The translations under genes were made by a program, and so were the position numbers. From an uncultured delta proteobacterium (GTDB lineage: Bacteria; Myxococcota_A; Polyangia; Polyangiales; Polyangiaceae), in assembly GCA_963716725.1 (NCBI GenBank), contig CAVQUB010000015.1, positions 416,001 to 480,000 on the forward strand: DNA of 64,000 nucleotides, written 5' to 3'. Shown here in pieces: positions 27,900 to 37,716 of the stretch. Each line of letters opens with the position of its first letter. The stretch's first letter is position 1. The notes below the pieces were generated by a model, which was not told where the DNA came from, searched no databases, and saw only the letters and a program-made list of their open reading frames with translations.

Positions 27900-28733
27900 T
27901 CAGCAAATGCCGCAGGCAGCGCAGGCGTCGGCGCAGCAATCGCCCCAGACCGTGCAGGCGCTGTCGCAGGCGCAACCGTAGGGGGTCCCAATGCTGCCGC
28001 AATACGCCTGGCACATGCAGGTCTTGCCCGGACAGCCTCCGGGATCGGGGTTCGTGCCGCCGCAGGAGCGCGGGTACTTGCCGCTGGGATCGGAGCCAGT
28101 GAAGCCCGTGCCGCCGCAGGAGTAGAACTTGTTGACGGGATCCCATCCGCAGGGATTGCCCTGGCACGAGCCGGGGCCGCCCTGGAGCTTGCCGCACTCC
28201 CAGTAGTAGATCTCGTTGTTCGAGCCGCAACAGCCGACCGAGCCGTGCGCTTCGCCGCAGCTCTTGGGGATGATGTTGGCGGTGGTGCCGCCGCTGCCGG
28301 TGGTGCCGCCGCCGGACGTGGTGCCGCCCGTTGCGCTGGTGCCGCCGCCGGACGTGGTGCCGCCCGTTGCGCTGGTGCCGCCGCCGGACGTGGTGCCGCC
28401 GCCGGACGTGGTGCCGCCGCCGGACGTGGTGCCGCCGGTTGCGCTGGTGCCGCCGCCGGACGTGGTGCCGCCGGTTGCGCTGGTGCCGCCCGTCGCGCCC
28501 GTGCCGCCGGAGGGGAAGCCCGCCGCGCCCCCGCTCGGAGAGCCGCCATTGCTGGGGAAGCCCGCCGCTCCGCCGAAGGTGTTGCCTCCGCTCCCACCGG
28601 AGTTCTTGTAGCCACCGACGGCAGCGTCACTCAGTGAGCCCCCGCCGAGATCGGCCTCGCCCGTCGCGCAGCCCATCGAGGTCACGAGGCAGAAGCCCGA
28701 AAGTACACCCGAGACGACCCGCGACGCCTTCAC
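27900..28733 (-). CDS. Gly/Thr-rich, Cys-rich lipoprotein with somatomedin-B-like C-terminus
   Basis: signal peptide ending SMGC; TSGGGT repeats; CQAYCG...CACDSACTVWGDCCAD. Confidence 0.75.
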   Translation of the reverse strand: MKASRVVSGVLSGFCLVTSMGCATGEADLGGGSLSDAAVGGYKNSGGSGGNTFGGAAGFPSNGGSPSGGAAGFPSGGTGATGGTSATGGTTSGGGTSATGGTTSGGGTTSGGGTTSGGGTSATGGTTSGGGTSATGGTTSGGGTTGSGGTTANIIPKSCGEAHGSVGCCGSNNEIYYWECGKLQGGPGSCQGNPCGWDPVNKFYSCGGTGFTGSDPSGKYPRSCGGTNPDPGGCPGKTCMCQAYCGSIGTPYGCACDSACTVWGDCCADACAACGIC

Positions 28734-28821
28734 GATCGGGAGCCTAGCAGGAGACCGTCGCCGGCGCGACGACGGGCAGGGAACATCGACGGCCAGGGGC
28801 TGTCCTGGTACGAGCCCGGCC

Positions 28822-30990
28822 ATGCAAGCTCGATCCTTCGCACTCTCCCTCCCGCTTCTTTTCTGCCTCGTCGGCTGCCAGTCCACGGGTCAGAGCAGCG
28901 CGGCGCCCTCCGTCCTGCCCTTGCGTTCTCTCAAGCTCTACGAGACCGGGGTCGGCTACTTCGAGCGGTCTGGGATTTTGGCTCGCGGTGAGGCCACGAC
29001 CCTGCCGCTGCCGACCGGACACCTCGATGACGCGCTGAAGACCCTGGTGGTGGCCGGGAGCCCCGGCGTCACGCTGACGGGGGTCGAATTCTCGAGCAGC
29101 CTGAGCCGCGGCATGGCGCGCGCTCTCGCGGGGCTGCCGCAGAGCGCCGACGAGCCGATGTCGTACCGAGCGCTGCTCGCGAGCCTGAAGGGGGCCGAGG
29201 TCGAGGTCCGCACCACGGGCAAGCAAGCCGAGACCATGGTGGGTCGCCTGGTCGACGTGCTGGAGCCCAAAACCGATGCAGCGCCCGCCGCCGAGAGCGA
29301 CGACGGCGACAAGAAGAAGAATGAAAAGCCCGAGCACCCCAAGCCCGAGTTGACGCTGCTGCTGGTGACCAAGGACGGCGAGCTGCGCAAGCTCGACACC
29401 GCCTCCGTGGCCAGCGTGCGCCCCACGGATCCGACCTACCTCACGCGCATGGGCGCGGCCCTCGATGCGCTCAGCGTGCGCGCCGCGCAGAACCAGCGTT
29501 CACTTCGGTTGCTGGCGCAGAGCGACAAGCCAGTGACCCTCGGCTATTTGGCTGAAGCGCCCATGTGGCGCACGACCTATCGACTGGTGATGGCCGAGGG
29601 CGGAGAGCGCGGCACGCTGCAGGGCTGGGCGCTCATCCACAACGACACTGAAGAGAGCTGGGCCAAGGTTCGCGTCGAGCTGGTCAATGGCCAACCCGAT
29701 TCGTTCTTGTTTCCGCTGGCCGCGCCGCGCTACGGCCGCCGCCCGCTCGCTGAGCCCGAAGAGCGTCTCGCGACGGTTCCACAGCTGCTCGACACGACCG
29801 TTGATCAAATTTGGGGCGACAATCTGGAAGAAGGCACCATCGGCCACGGCTCCGGAACCGGGACGGGACAGGGCTTCGGATCAGGCTACGGTCGAGTCGG
29901 CGGTAGCCATCGGGCACGGTCGCCGAGCGTGCGGATGGGCGCGACGGTCTCGAGCAGCGAATCGCTCAGCGTCGGAAACCTCGCGGCGATCGCCCCCGCC
30001 GAGGGCGTCGAAGCGGGCGCGCTCTTCAGCTACAAGCTGGCGCAGCCCTTGGATCTCCGTGCACACGGCTCTGCGCTCGTGCCCTTCCTGCAGTCGTCAG
30101 GGGTCACCCGCCGCATCAGCTGGTTTTCCTCGCCGGGCACGCCAGGGCGGACCGCCATTCGCTTCGTCAACGCCACGCGACAGACGCTGCCCTCGGGGCC
30201 CATCGCGCTCTACGAGGGCGGAGGGTTCGCGGGCGAGGCGGCGTTGTCCCGACTCAAGCCCACCGAGCGGGCGTTCTTGCAGTTCGGCGTCGACCTCGAC
30301 GTTGAGATCGAGAGCGTGAGCCACGAGTCCAAAGAGGAGTCGCAGCAGATTCGTTTCAATAAGCTGAATCTGGAGGAGGACTTCATCCGCACGAGCGTTC
30401 GGACCATCGCGCTCAAGAATCGCTCGCGGGCCGTCCGCACGGTCTACCTCTCCCTCGACGTGGTCAACAACTCGACCGTCGAGGGCGCCGACGAGCTCGA
30501 CTACGACGCTCAGGGCGCCAAGCCGCTGGCGGTCTTCAAGTCCACGCCTGGCAAGAAGCTCGAGCGGACGCTGAAGATCAAGGAGGGCCTGCAGCGCTCG
30601 ACCCACATGCAGAGCTTGACGGCCGAGCGCGTGACGGAGCTGAGCCAACTCGAGGTCCTGCCCGCGGCCGATCGGGCCGTGCTCAAGGAAGCCGCTGCCC
30701 GGCTCGAGGAGGCCGAGGCGCGGACCAAAGATCACGACGAGACCAAGGAGTCCATCGACGAAGTGAACAAGGACCTCGAGCGCCTGCGGCAGCATCTCGC
30801 CGCCCTCGGCGACAAGAGCGGTCAGGGGGCCAACGCCAACCCGCTGGTCAAGCGCATCCTCGACGCCGAAGACAGGCTGACGGCCCTCCGCGCCAAGTCC
30901 AAGGCCTTGGAAGCCGCCGTCAGCGACAAGCGCAAGGCTGCGCAGACGGTGCTCGAGAAGCTCGTGAAGAAGGACGCGAAGAAGCCCTGA
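28822..30990 (+). CDS. DUF4139-like lipoprotein with C-terminal coiled coil
   Basis: lipobox LVGC; LYETGVGYFER, WRTTYRL, GWALIHNDTEESW motifs. Confidence 0.75.
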   Translation: MQARSFALSLPLLFCLVGCQSTGQSSAAPSVLPLRSLKLYETGVGYFERSGILARGEATTLPLPTGHLDDALKTLVVAGSPGVTLTGVEFSSSLSRGMARALAGLPQSADEPMSYRALLASLKGAEVEVRTTGKQAETMVGRLVDVLEPKTDAAPAAESDDGDKKKNEKPEHPKPELTLLLVTKDGELRKLDTASVASVRPTDPTYLTRMGAALDALSVRAAQNQRSLRLLAQSDKPVTLGYLAEAPMWRTTYRLVMAEGGERGTLQGWALIHNDTEESWAKVRVELVNGQPDSFLFPLAAPRYGRRPLAEPEERLATVPQLLDTTVDQIWGDNLEEGTIGHGSGTGTGQGFGSGYGRVGGSHRARSPSVRMGATVSSSESLSVGNLAAIAPAEGVEAGALFSYKLAQPLDLRAHGSALVPFLQSSGVTRRISWFSSPGTPGRTAIRFVNATRQTLPSGPIALYEGGGFAGEAALSRLKPTERAFLQFGVDLDVEIESVSHESKEESQQIRFNKLNLEEDFIRTSVRTIALKNRSRAVRTVYLSLDVVNNSTVEGADELDYDAQGAKPLAVFKSTPGKKLERTLKIKEGLQRSTHMQSLTAERVTELSQLEVLPAADRAVLKEAAARLEEAEARTKDHDETKESIDEVNKDLERLRQHLAALGDKSGQGANANPLVKRILDAEDRLTALRAKSKALEAAVSDKRKAAQTVLEKLVKKDAKKP

Positions 30991-31002
30991 GCCCCGCGCT
31001 GC

Positions 31003-32550
31003 TCAGGGCTGCGGGGGCCGCGCCGCCAACGCCAGCCCGATGGCGTGCTCCAGTTGTTCCCAGGTCGCAGGCTTGCCCAGCTGCACCGTGGCGCCTTCGA
31101 GTTCGTCGGCCAAGCCGCTGAAGGCAATGATGGGCAGGTCCGCGGCGATTTCCCGCAGCTGCGCCAGCGTGGCCTCGGGGGGCTGCCCCGGCATGGATCG
31201 GTCGAGGAGCACCACGTCCACTCCTTCGGCCCGGGCGACGCGCACGCCGTCCTCGCCGGAACTCGCGCCGAGCGCTTGGTGGCCCATCAGCTCGAGCAGC
31301 ATGATCGTCGAGCGCAGCACGTGGGGCTCGTCGTCGATGATCAGCACCCGAGCCGACGAAGGAGGCGCGGGCGTGTCGGGCTTGCAGAGTGGTTGCGTGC
31401 CGAGCGAGCGGGATGGAAGCGCGAGCACGAAGGTCGTGCCGACGCCCGGCACCGACTCGCAGCTCAGATGCCCACCCTGGGCCTCGACTGCGCCCCAGGC
31501 CGTCGGTAGCCCCAGGCCCGTGCCCCGGCCGATGGGCTTGGTCGTGAAGAAGGGCTCGAAGATCCGCTGGCGAACCGCGTCGTCCATTCCGTCGCCCAGA
31601 TCGGCGACCCGGATCTCTACGAAGTCGCCCTGCGCGCCCTCGTGCGCGCTGAGCGTCACTGTCCTTCGAGGCGCCGGCAGGTTCTCGACTGCGTCGCGAG
31701 CGTTGACGATCAAGTTGAGGAGCACCTGCTCGGTCCGAGCTCCGTCGACGAACACGCCGCTCGCCGCTTGAAGATCACGGACTGCGACTCTCACCTGCTG
31801 GCCAAAGGTGCGGCCGCAGAGCTCCGCGGCCCGCCGAACCACGACGTCGAGGGCTTCGGGAACGCCCTTGGGATCGGCCTCGCGACGCGCGAAGAGCATG
31901 AGGTCTTTGACCAGCTCCGCCGCGTGCCGAGCGGACTGTAGCGCCAGGTCGAAGAGGTCCGCGTCTGACGGGGTCTTGAGCTTCGCCAGCTCGATCACGG
32001 GCACGATGGCGGCGAGCATGTTGTTGAAGTTGTGGGCGACGCCGGCCGAGAGCTGCCCGAGCGCCTCCAGCTTCTGGGTCTGCCGCATTTGCTCCTCGAG
32101 GACTCGCAGGCCGGTGACCTCGAGGACTCCGCCCATGAGGCCTGTGATGCGGCCTTCGGGGGTGCGCGTTGGGAAGCCTCGGACGACGAACCAGCGTTTC
32201 GACGGGGCGACGCCTACGGCCAACTCGAAATCGGGGTAGTCGCCGGTTTCGAGGGCGGCGTCGATCTGCGCGTCCATTTGCTCGCGATAGCCCGGGGGCA
32301 CTATCGCCATCCAGTCCGCGCGGCGCCGGGGTGCGTGGGCGGGTTCGAGGCCAAACATGGCGCAGAGGTGGTCGTGCCAATCGATGGAGTCTGCCGCGGC
32401 GTCCCAGCGCCAGAGCCCGAGGCGGCCCGCATCGAGGGCGACCTCGAGTCGAGCCCGGCTCTCCAGCAGCTCAGCGCGGGCGGCGGCGAGCTCGAACTCG
32501 AGCCTGGCCACCTTGGCGTTCGGGTGTTCGTTGTCGTCGTGTGTCCCCAT
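31003..32550 (-). CDS. PAS-domain hybrid sensor histidine kinase/response regulator
   Basis: H-box GVAHNFNNML, LNLIVNARDA, DLGDGM, FEPFFTTK, GTGLGL; receiver LIIDDE...LLDRSMP. Confidence 0.92.
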   Translation of the reverse strand: MGTHDDNEHPNAKVARLEFELAAARAELLESRARLEVALDAGRLGLWRWDAAADSIDWHDHLCAMFGLEPAHAPRRRADWMAIVPPGYREQMDAQIDAALETGDYPDFELAVGVAPSKRWFVVRGFPTRTPEGRITGLMGGVLEVTGLRVLEEQMRQTQKLEALGQLSAGVAHNFNNMLAAIVPVIELAKLKTPSDADLFDLALQSARHAAELVKDLMLFARREADPKGVPEALDVVVRRAAELCGRTFGQQVRVAVRDLQAASGVFVDGARTEQVLLNLIVNARDAVENLPAPRRTVTLSAHEGAQGDFVEIRVADLGDGMDDAVRQRIFEPFFTTKPIGRGTGLGLPTAWGAVEAQGGHLSCESVPGVGTTFVLALPSRSLGTQPLCKPDTPAPPSSARVLIIDDEPHVLRSTIMLLELMGHQALGASSGEDGVRVARAEGVDVVLLDRSMPGQPPEATLAQLREIAADLPIIAFSGLADELEGATVQLGKPATWEQLEHAIGLALAARPPQP

Positions 32551-32604
32551 GATCTCGTCGCCCGCCCGGAGCACCTGGGCTCGCTCTTTACGAGCTCGCC
32601 GCCC

Positions 32605-32970
32605 TCACTGAATCACGATCTTGCTCTTGTACATGCCCATGCCGCACTCGAAGCCCAGCGTCTTTGCTTCTTTGGTGTCGATGGCCACTTCGATCGGCTG
32701 ATCGAGGGGCAGATCTTTGGTGATCTTCAGGTCGGGGAACACGACCTTGTCCGCGCAGGTGTCCGCTGTCGTGCGCTTGAAGCGCAAGGTCGCGCTCTCA
32801 CCCTTCTTGAGCGTGATGGTGCTCGGGGTGAAACCGTTCTCGTCGGCCTTGACGTCGATGGTGCCGGAAGCGGGAGCAGAAGCCGAGGCGGCCCCGGCGG
32901 TGCCTGGCTTCTCGGACTTGTTGCAGGCGACGGCGGCAAGCAGCAGCGCGAGCGCAAAAATCTTCTTCAT
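32605..32970 (-). CDS. cupredoxin-domain lipoprotein
   Basis: lipobox AVAC; GFTPSTITLKKG, C...FECGMGM motif. Confidence 0.85.
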   Translation of the reverse strand: MKKIFALALLLAAVACNKSEKPGTAGAASASAPASGTIDVKADENGFTPSTITLKKGESATLRFKRTTADTCADKVVFPDLKITKDLPLDQPIEVAIDTKEAKTLGFECGMGMYKSKIVIQ

Positions 32971-34538
32971 CGGGGCGGGATCTTGGTGCCCGCCTGCGGC
33001 GATGTAAAGCGGCGCGTCGCCACCTGCAATTCGGCGTCGAAGCCGCCCAAATCCACCGGCGCGTGGCGCTCGACCTCGAGGCCATGAGTCGCGAGTTTTT
33101 GGGCGGTTTTTTCGGGAAATGGCGAGAGCCACACCAGCCGACCGCCCGCCGCGAGGCGAGGCGCGGCGCTGTCGATGAAGCGATCGAGAAGGTTCGCGAC
33201 ATCAGCGTCCCGCGCGATGCGCCGGCCCATGGGGGGATTGGTGATGATCAGGGTGACGCCGCTCGGCGTGTGGCCGGTCGCGTCACCTCGGATCAGGTCG
33301 ACGGACAGCCCGGCACGGCTGGCGTTCTCGCGGGCAGCGCGCAGCGCGTTGTCGGAGGTGTCGGTGCCGATCAGCTTGGCGAACGGGCCAAGCAGTCCGC
33401 GCTCGCACAGCTCGAGACCGCTGCCGACGAAGGGATCCCACACCACGTCGTCGGCGCGCACACCGGCCACGCGCGCGAGGCTCGCGGCGATGGTGGGATG
33501 AGACGCCGCGGGCACGTCTCGCCCGCGGTAGGCAAAACGCAGGTCGTCGTCCGGTCGGACCACCACGACCACGCGCCGGTTTGGTTCGTCGATTTGGGCT
33601 TCGAAAGGCGCAGCCCTCGGGTCGTTGATCAGTCGCGTGGGGTCGAGCCCCTCGGCGATGCGAAAGCTGCGCGCGCGCTGGTGACCCTTCGGCCACGAGA
33701 GGCGGAAGCGCGGCACCCCCGACGAGAGCGCCGCGAGCAGCGGCGCCAGCCCCGTGAGCGCGGCCACGATGCCGTCGTCCCCGGGCGACTCCAGCTTCGC
33801 TTCGAAGCCGACCGAGAGCGCGGTGCGCAACTCGAGCAGAGGGCGAAGTGCACCCGACCAGGTGGTCACGACTTCGTGACCCGAAGGCGCACGGAAGTCG
33901 CCGCGGGCGCGGGCCTCGTCGAGCAGCACCCACGCGAGGCCGCGCCGACAGGCGAGCACCAATGTGGCGGGTGAGGGCAGGGGGCGATCGATGTCGATGG
34001 TGGCGCTCAGGTCCCGGGTGGCGCTGCGCTCGAGCATCAGGAGGGCACGCGTCCGGCGTCGCTCGAGCTCGGGATCGTCCGACGACGCGCCCTTCAGAAA
34101 CTCGTGGCTCGCGGCGCCGCCGATCTTGCCCAGCGCCTCCACCAGCGCCCGCCGCTCCGGCAGAGCGGCGCCTTCGAAGGCCGCGAGCAGCGCGAGCTCG
34201 ACCCCGTCACCGCCGATCTTTCCGAGCCCCGTGACGGCTGCCCGCAAGACCCGGGGCTGGTCGTGGGAAAGCAGTGCGAGCAGGCGCGGTCGAAGCCGGT
34301 CGGCGTGATCCGTCGCGACGCGGGAGACGACGCGAGCGAGGTGGCTCTGGGCACCCGGATCGGCCTGCTCGAGGGCAGCGATGGCGGCCTCGGCCCCGGC
34401 GAGCCCTGCCCGGGCGAGGGCGCGCTCCGCCGCGTCGGCCGCGTCCCCGCCGCAGCGAGCGCAGAGCTCACGGAAATGCGCGGCGCCCGGGGTGAAGGCC
34501 GCGCTTTGCCAGTTGGCGGGCAGATCGGCGGTGCTCAG
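32967..34538 (-). CDS. HEAT-repeat protein fused to class I SAM methyltransferase (RlmL/Trm14-like); probable CTG start
   Basis: VWDPFVGSG and ITNPPMG motifs; HEAT repeats; frame stays open 97 codons upstream of the ORF-track start, to a CTG overlapping the upstream stop. Confidence 0.75.
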   Translation of the reverse strand: MSTADLPANWQSAAFTPGAAHFRELCARCGGDAADAAERALARAGLAGAEAAIAALEQADPGAQSHLARVVSRVATDHADRLRPRLLALLSHDQPRVLRAAVTGLGKIGGDGVELALLAAFEGAALPERRALVEALGKIGGAASHEFLKGASSDDPELERRRTRALLMLERSATRDLSATIDIDRPLPSPATLVLACRRGLAWVLLDEARARGDFRAPSGHEVVTTWSGALRPLLELRTALSVGFEAKLESPGDDGIVAALTGLAPLLAALSSGVPRFRLSWPKGHQRARSFRIAEGLDPTRLINDPRAAPFEAQIDEPNRRVVVVVRPDDDLRFAYRGRDVPAASHPTIAASLARVAGVRADDVVWDPFVGSGLELCERGLLGPFAKLIGTDTSDNALRAARENASRAGLSVDLIRGDATGHTPSGVTLIITNPPMGRRIARDADVANLLDRFIDSAAPRLAAGGRLVWLSPFPEKTAQKLATHGLEVERHAPVDLGGFDAELQVATRRFTSPQAGTKIPPR

Positions 34539-34672
34539 GCGGGCCCCTCGGTCTTGCAGGCCGCGCTGCAGCCGTCCCCGCTCTTCTTGCCGTCACCTCC
34601 GCAGCTGGTCGGCAGTGCGCTGCTGAGCAGGAGCAGGCTCAGACCCGTGGCAATCGACGCACTTCGCACCAT
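34535..34672 (-). CDS. 45-aa lipoprotein, probable deletion remnant of a Myxococcus Cys-rich repeat protein
   Basis: signal peptide + Cys (LPTSC) followed directly by GDGCSAACKTE. Confidence 0.5.
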   Translation of the reverse strand: MVRSASIATGLSLLLLSSALPTSCGGDGKKSGDGCSAACKTEGPA

Positions 34673-34695
34673 GCTCACAGCATAGCGGAGGCGCA

Positions 34696-35703
34696 TCAGC
34701 GCAGCGAGCCAAACAGGCCGATCTGCGCGCCGCCCGAGCTGGGCCACAGCGCGAAGCCCGTCTTTGGTGCGCGCTTTCGCTCCGGGGTCGAGAGCAGCAT
34801 CACCACGCCCACGCCCGCTGCGAGCACGCCCGCACCCACGCCGACGTAGCTGGCGGTTCGCGCTGATTTCCAGGAGGCGATGGAGTCCACCTCGGACTGC
34901 GCGGCCTCTCTCTTGCCGGGTTTCGCCGCGGCGCAGGTGTCGTCGTGGGATGAAACGGCGCAGAGATCCGCCAGCCGATCGCGGTGGGTCGAGACGTTGC
35001 TGAACGAGAGGCCCAGGGTCGCGCTGCTCAAGATGGTCAGGCCGGCGCCGCCAATGGTGAGCGTCCACGCCAGCGTGCTATCGGGCGGTGCGGCCGTGGT
35101 CGGCGGACGATCGGGCCCCGGCGCCAGGGTGTCTGCCGTCGGGGGGAGGGGCCGACGTACTCGAGTGAAGTCCACCAGCGCGGGCTGGCCAGCGCTGACT
35201 GCGAGCCTCTGTTCGTCGCGATCACCCCCGAAGCGCAGCTCGAAGCGGCGCTTGCCGGCGAAAACCACCAGCGGTCGGTCGAGCGGCAAGGTGCCGCGCC
35301 AGCGCGCAGCGAGCCAGATTTCGGCTCCGGCGGCGCCGCGCACTTCCACGCGTGCCATGGCCTTCGCGTGCTCGTCTACGAAGGCCCGAGCCTTGTCGGC
35401 GGCCGGACCCGTGAGTCCGAGGGCCAGCGCGGCCTCGAAGGCTTCGACCGCGACGTCATCTTGTTTCAGCCGCGCTGCGGCCGAGCCGAGCTCGTATTTG
35501 CTCTCCTTGGTCGAGCGAATGCGATTGGCTTCGATGAACAAGTCGACCGCGGCCTGCCAGCTCGCCGGGTCGTTGGTGTCGAGCGCTCGCTCCTTGGCAG
35601 CGATGGCGCGGGTGAAAGCGGCGTCGTACTCGTCCGCGCGCGCCGGTGCGCTCCGGACGGCAATCGCGACCAGCAACGACAACGCGCAGAATCGCGAGGT
35701 CAC
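34696..35703 (-). CDS. secreted TPR + PEGA-like protein with C-terminal membrane segments
   Basis: signal peptide ending APARA-DE; TPR helices; PEGA-like beta domain; Gly-rich TM pair; GTGA overlap with kinase stop. Confidence 0.75.
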   Translation of the reverse strand: MTSRFCALSLLVAIAVRSAPARADEYDAAFTRAIAAKERALDTNDPASWQAAVDLFIEANRIRSTKESKYELGSAAARLKQDDVAVEAFEAALALGLTGPAADKARAFVDEHAKAMARVEVRGAAGAEIWLAARWRGTLPLDRPLVVFAGKRRFELRFGGDRDEQRLAVSAGQPALVDFTRVRRPLPPTADTLAPGPDRPPTTAAPPDSTLAWTLTIGGAGLTILSSATLGLSFSNVSTHRDRLADLCAVSSHDDTCAAAKPGKREAAQSEVDSIASWKSARTASYVGVGAGVLAAGVGVVMLLSTPERKRAPKTGFALWPSSGGAQIGLFGSLR

Positions 35704-37031
35704 TGGCAGGTTTCCGCGGCGCATACCATGCTGGCGCACTCGCTGGAGCGAGTGCAGGGCGCACCCTTGGGCTTGCCGCGTGGGGGCGGGGGTCGCTCGG
35801 AGCTCGACGGGGCTGCAGACGCCGGCGCGGGCGCGGCGGTGGACTTGCTTCGGGGCAACGTGAGCGCCATCGGCGCGCTCGGCGCCGTAGCCGCCGGCTC
35901 GGGCGGGGCTTCACGCGGGGCTTCGAGCGTCGCCACGGGAGCGGCGGCGAGCTCCGGGACGGGGGGAAGACTCGCGCTGGACGTCGGCGCGGGCCCAGGG
36001 TTCACCCGAGCCAAGAAGACCGCCGCTGCGCCCACTGCTACGAGCGCGACGGCCGCGATGCCCCACAACCCTCGCGAGCGGCCCACCGACTTGGGGCCGT
36101 CGCGCCGGCTCTCGATGACCTGGGCGTCTTCGCTGAGCTGCGCCATCATCGGCGGCGGCGGGGCGCTGACGCTGGTCGCGGCAGTGACGCGGCCGGTGGT
36201 CGCGCCGGTCCGCACGCTGTCGCGCACGCTCCGGAGAAACTCGGGCACACCCGGCGGGCGGCGTTCGGGCCGCGTCGAGAGCGCTTCCATCACGGTGCTC
36301 GACAGTGCTTCCGGGATCGCGGCCCCCGCTTCGCCCGGTGGCAGCGGGTTGAGCCGCGCCTGCACGTTGGTCACGTCGTTCCACGGCAGGCGCCCCACCA
36401 GCATCGCGTAGAAGACCACCGCCAACTCGTAGACGTCGGTGCTCTTGCTGGCGGGCGCTCCGAAAAAACGTTCGGGCGCCATGGTCGCGGGCGTTCCGCG
36501 GGCGATGCCGGCCTGAGTCGTGGTCGACGCCGGCGCGTCGATCTCTTTGGCGATGCCGAAGTCCAGCAGCTTGAGCGCGCGGCCGCCGTCGACCAGAAGC
36601 AGGTTCTCGGGCTTGAGATCGCGGTGCAACAGCCCCGCGTCGTGCAGCGTCTCGACGGCGCTCGCCAGCTGCTCGAAGAGATCGAGCGCGTGCGCGACGG
36701 TCAAGGCGCCTTCGGCCGCCAGGTGCGCGGCGAGGGTCTGCCCTTCGTAGCGGCGCATGACCAGATAGGGCAGGCCGTCGGGCAACCGACCGGAGCCGAG
36801 GACTTCGACCACGGCGCGATGTCGCACGCGTTCGAGCATCTTGGCTTCTTCCAGGAATCTCTCTTGATCCTTGGCCGTCAGCTCGCGCTCCCGCGGTACC
36901 TTCAGGGCGACCGATTCACCGTCCCAGATCGCGTGGTACACGATGGCGCTGCCGCCTTCACCGAGGACGCCCCGGATGGCGAAGGCGCCCAGCGTCGTTG
37001 GGATCACCGCGGTGGGTTCGGAGGCCGCCAC
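35700..37031 (-). CDS. membrane Ser/Thr protein kinase (Hanks type)
   Basis: LGEGGSAIVY, VALK, HRDLKPEN, DFG, GTPATMAPE; TM helix; Cys-rich tail. Confidence 0.92.
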   Translation of the reverse strand: MAASEPTAVIPTTLGAFAIRGVLGEGGSAIVYHAIWDGESVALKVPRERELTAKDQERFLEEAKMLERVRHRAVVEVLGSGRLPDGLPYLVMRRYEGQTLAAHLAAEGALTVAHALDLFEQLASAVETLHDAGLLHRDLKPENLLLVDGGRALKLLDFGIAKEIDAPASTTTQAGIARGTPATMAPERFFGAPASKSTDVYELAVVFYAMLVGRLPWNDVTNVQARLNPLPPGEAGAAIPEALSSTVMEALSTRPERRPPGVPEFLRSVRDSVRTGATTGRVTAATSVSAPPPPMMAQLSEDAQVIESRRDGPKSVGRSRGLWGIAAVALVAVGAAAVFLARVNPGPAPTSSASLPPVPELAAAPVATLEAPREAPPEPAATAPSAPMALTLPRSKSTAAPAPASAAPSSSERPPPPRGKPKGAPCTRSSECASMVCAAETCQ

Positions 37032-37077
37032 TGGCCCGAGAATAGTGCATCTCGGCCTTCGGGCAACGCGAGGGGGG

Positions 37078-37554
37078 TCAGCGCTGGGCCAGCTCGGTGC
37101 ATCCCCCGCGGATTTCGATCTCACGGGTGTTGTCCTTCACCTCGACGCTGGCGAGGCCGTTCTCGCCCTGGTCCACGATCCAGAACAGGTCGCCGGGCCG
37201 GAAACTGTGGCTCTGCACCGAGTTGCTGCTCGCGGTGGAGTAGGTCCCGCTCCCGTACTTCGGCTTCGTTCCGTAGAAGACCTTCACGTTCTTGCCACAG
37301 GTATTGCGGATGTTGACGCTCACGCTGCTCGGGCTGGCTGGCTTCGAGTCCACCGCGCTCGCGGTGGGGGCCGAGGCGGTCGTTGGAGCTGGCGTCGTGG
37401 GGCTGCCTGCCGCCGGGGCGCCTGCCGCCGGAGCGCCTGCCGCTGGCGCGCCCGCCACACCGGGCTGGGCCATCATGGCGCCGTAGGCACCGAGGCTGCC
37501 GCAGCCAGCGAACACGGCGAGGAACAAGGGAGCGAGGCAATGCACGAGCTTCAT
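37078..37554 (-). CDS. hypothetical lipoprotein
   Basis: MKLVHCLAPLFLAVFAGC lipobox; GGAG RBS; Ala/Pro linker and small beta domain. Confidence 0.8.
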   Translation of the reverse strand: MKLVHCLAPLFLAVFAGCGSLGAYGAMMAQPGVAGAPAAGAPAAGAPAAGSPTTPAPTTASAPTASAVDSKPASPSSVSVNIRNTCGKNVKVFYGTKPKYGSGTYSTASSNSVQSHSFRPGDLFWIVDQGENGLASVEVKDNTREIEIRGGCTELAQR

Positions 37555-37589
37555 TTGGGATCTCCGTTCGAATGAGTCGACCGCCGCAG

Positions 37590-37605
37590 AGCAACGCGCA
37601 TGCCA
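37590..37605 (-). promoter_or_regulatory. sigma-54 (-24/-12) promoter
   Basis: minus strand TGGCATGCGCGTTGCT (GG-N10-GC), upstream of the lipoprotein and divergent from a sigma-54 activator gene. Confidence 0.7.
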
Positions 37606-37716
37606 GGCGGAACGGCCGTGATCTACGGCTGCGCTCCCACGGATGCGCGGCGGGCAGCCCGCAGTCCGGCCTCGGATTGGGGCGCTGGCGCCACAGCCGC
37701 GATATGCTCGCGGGCC

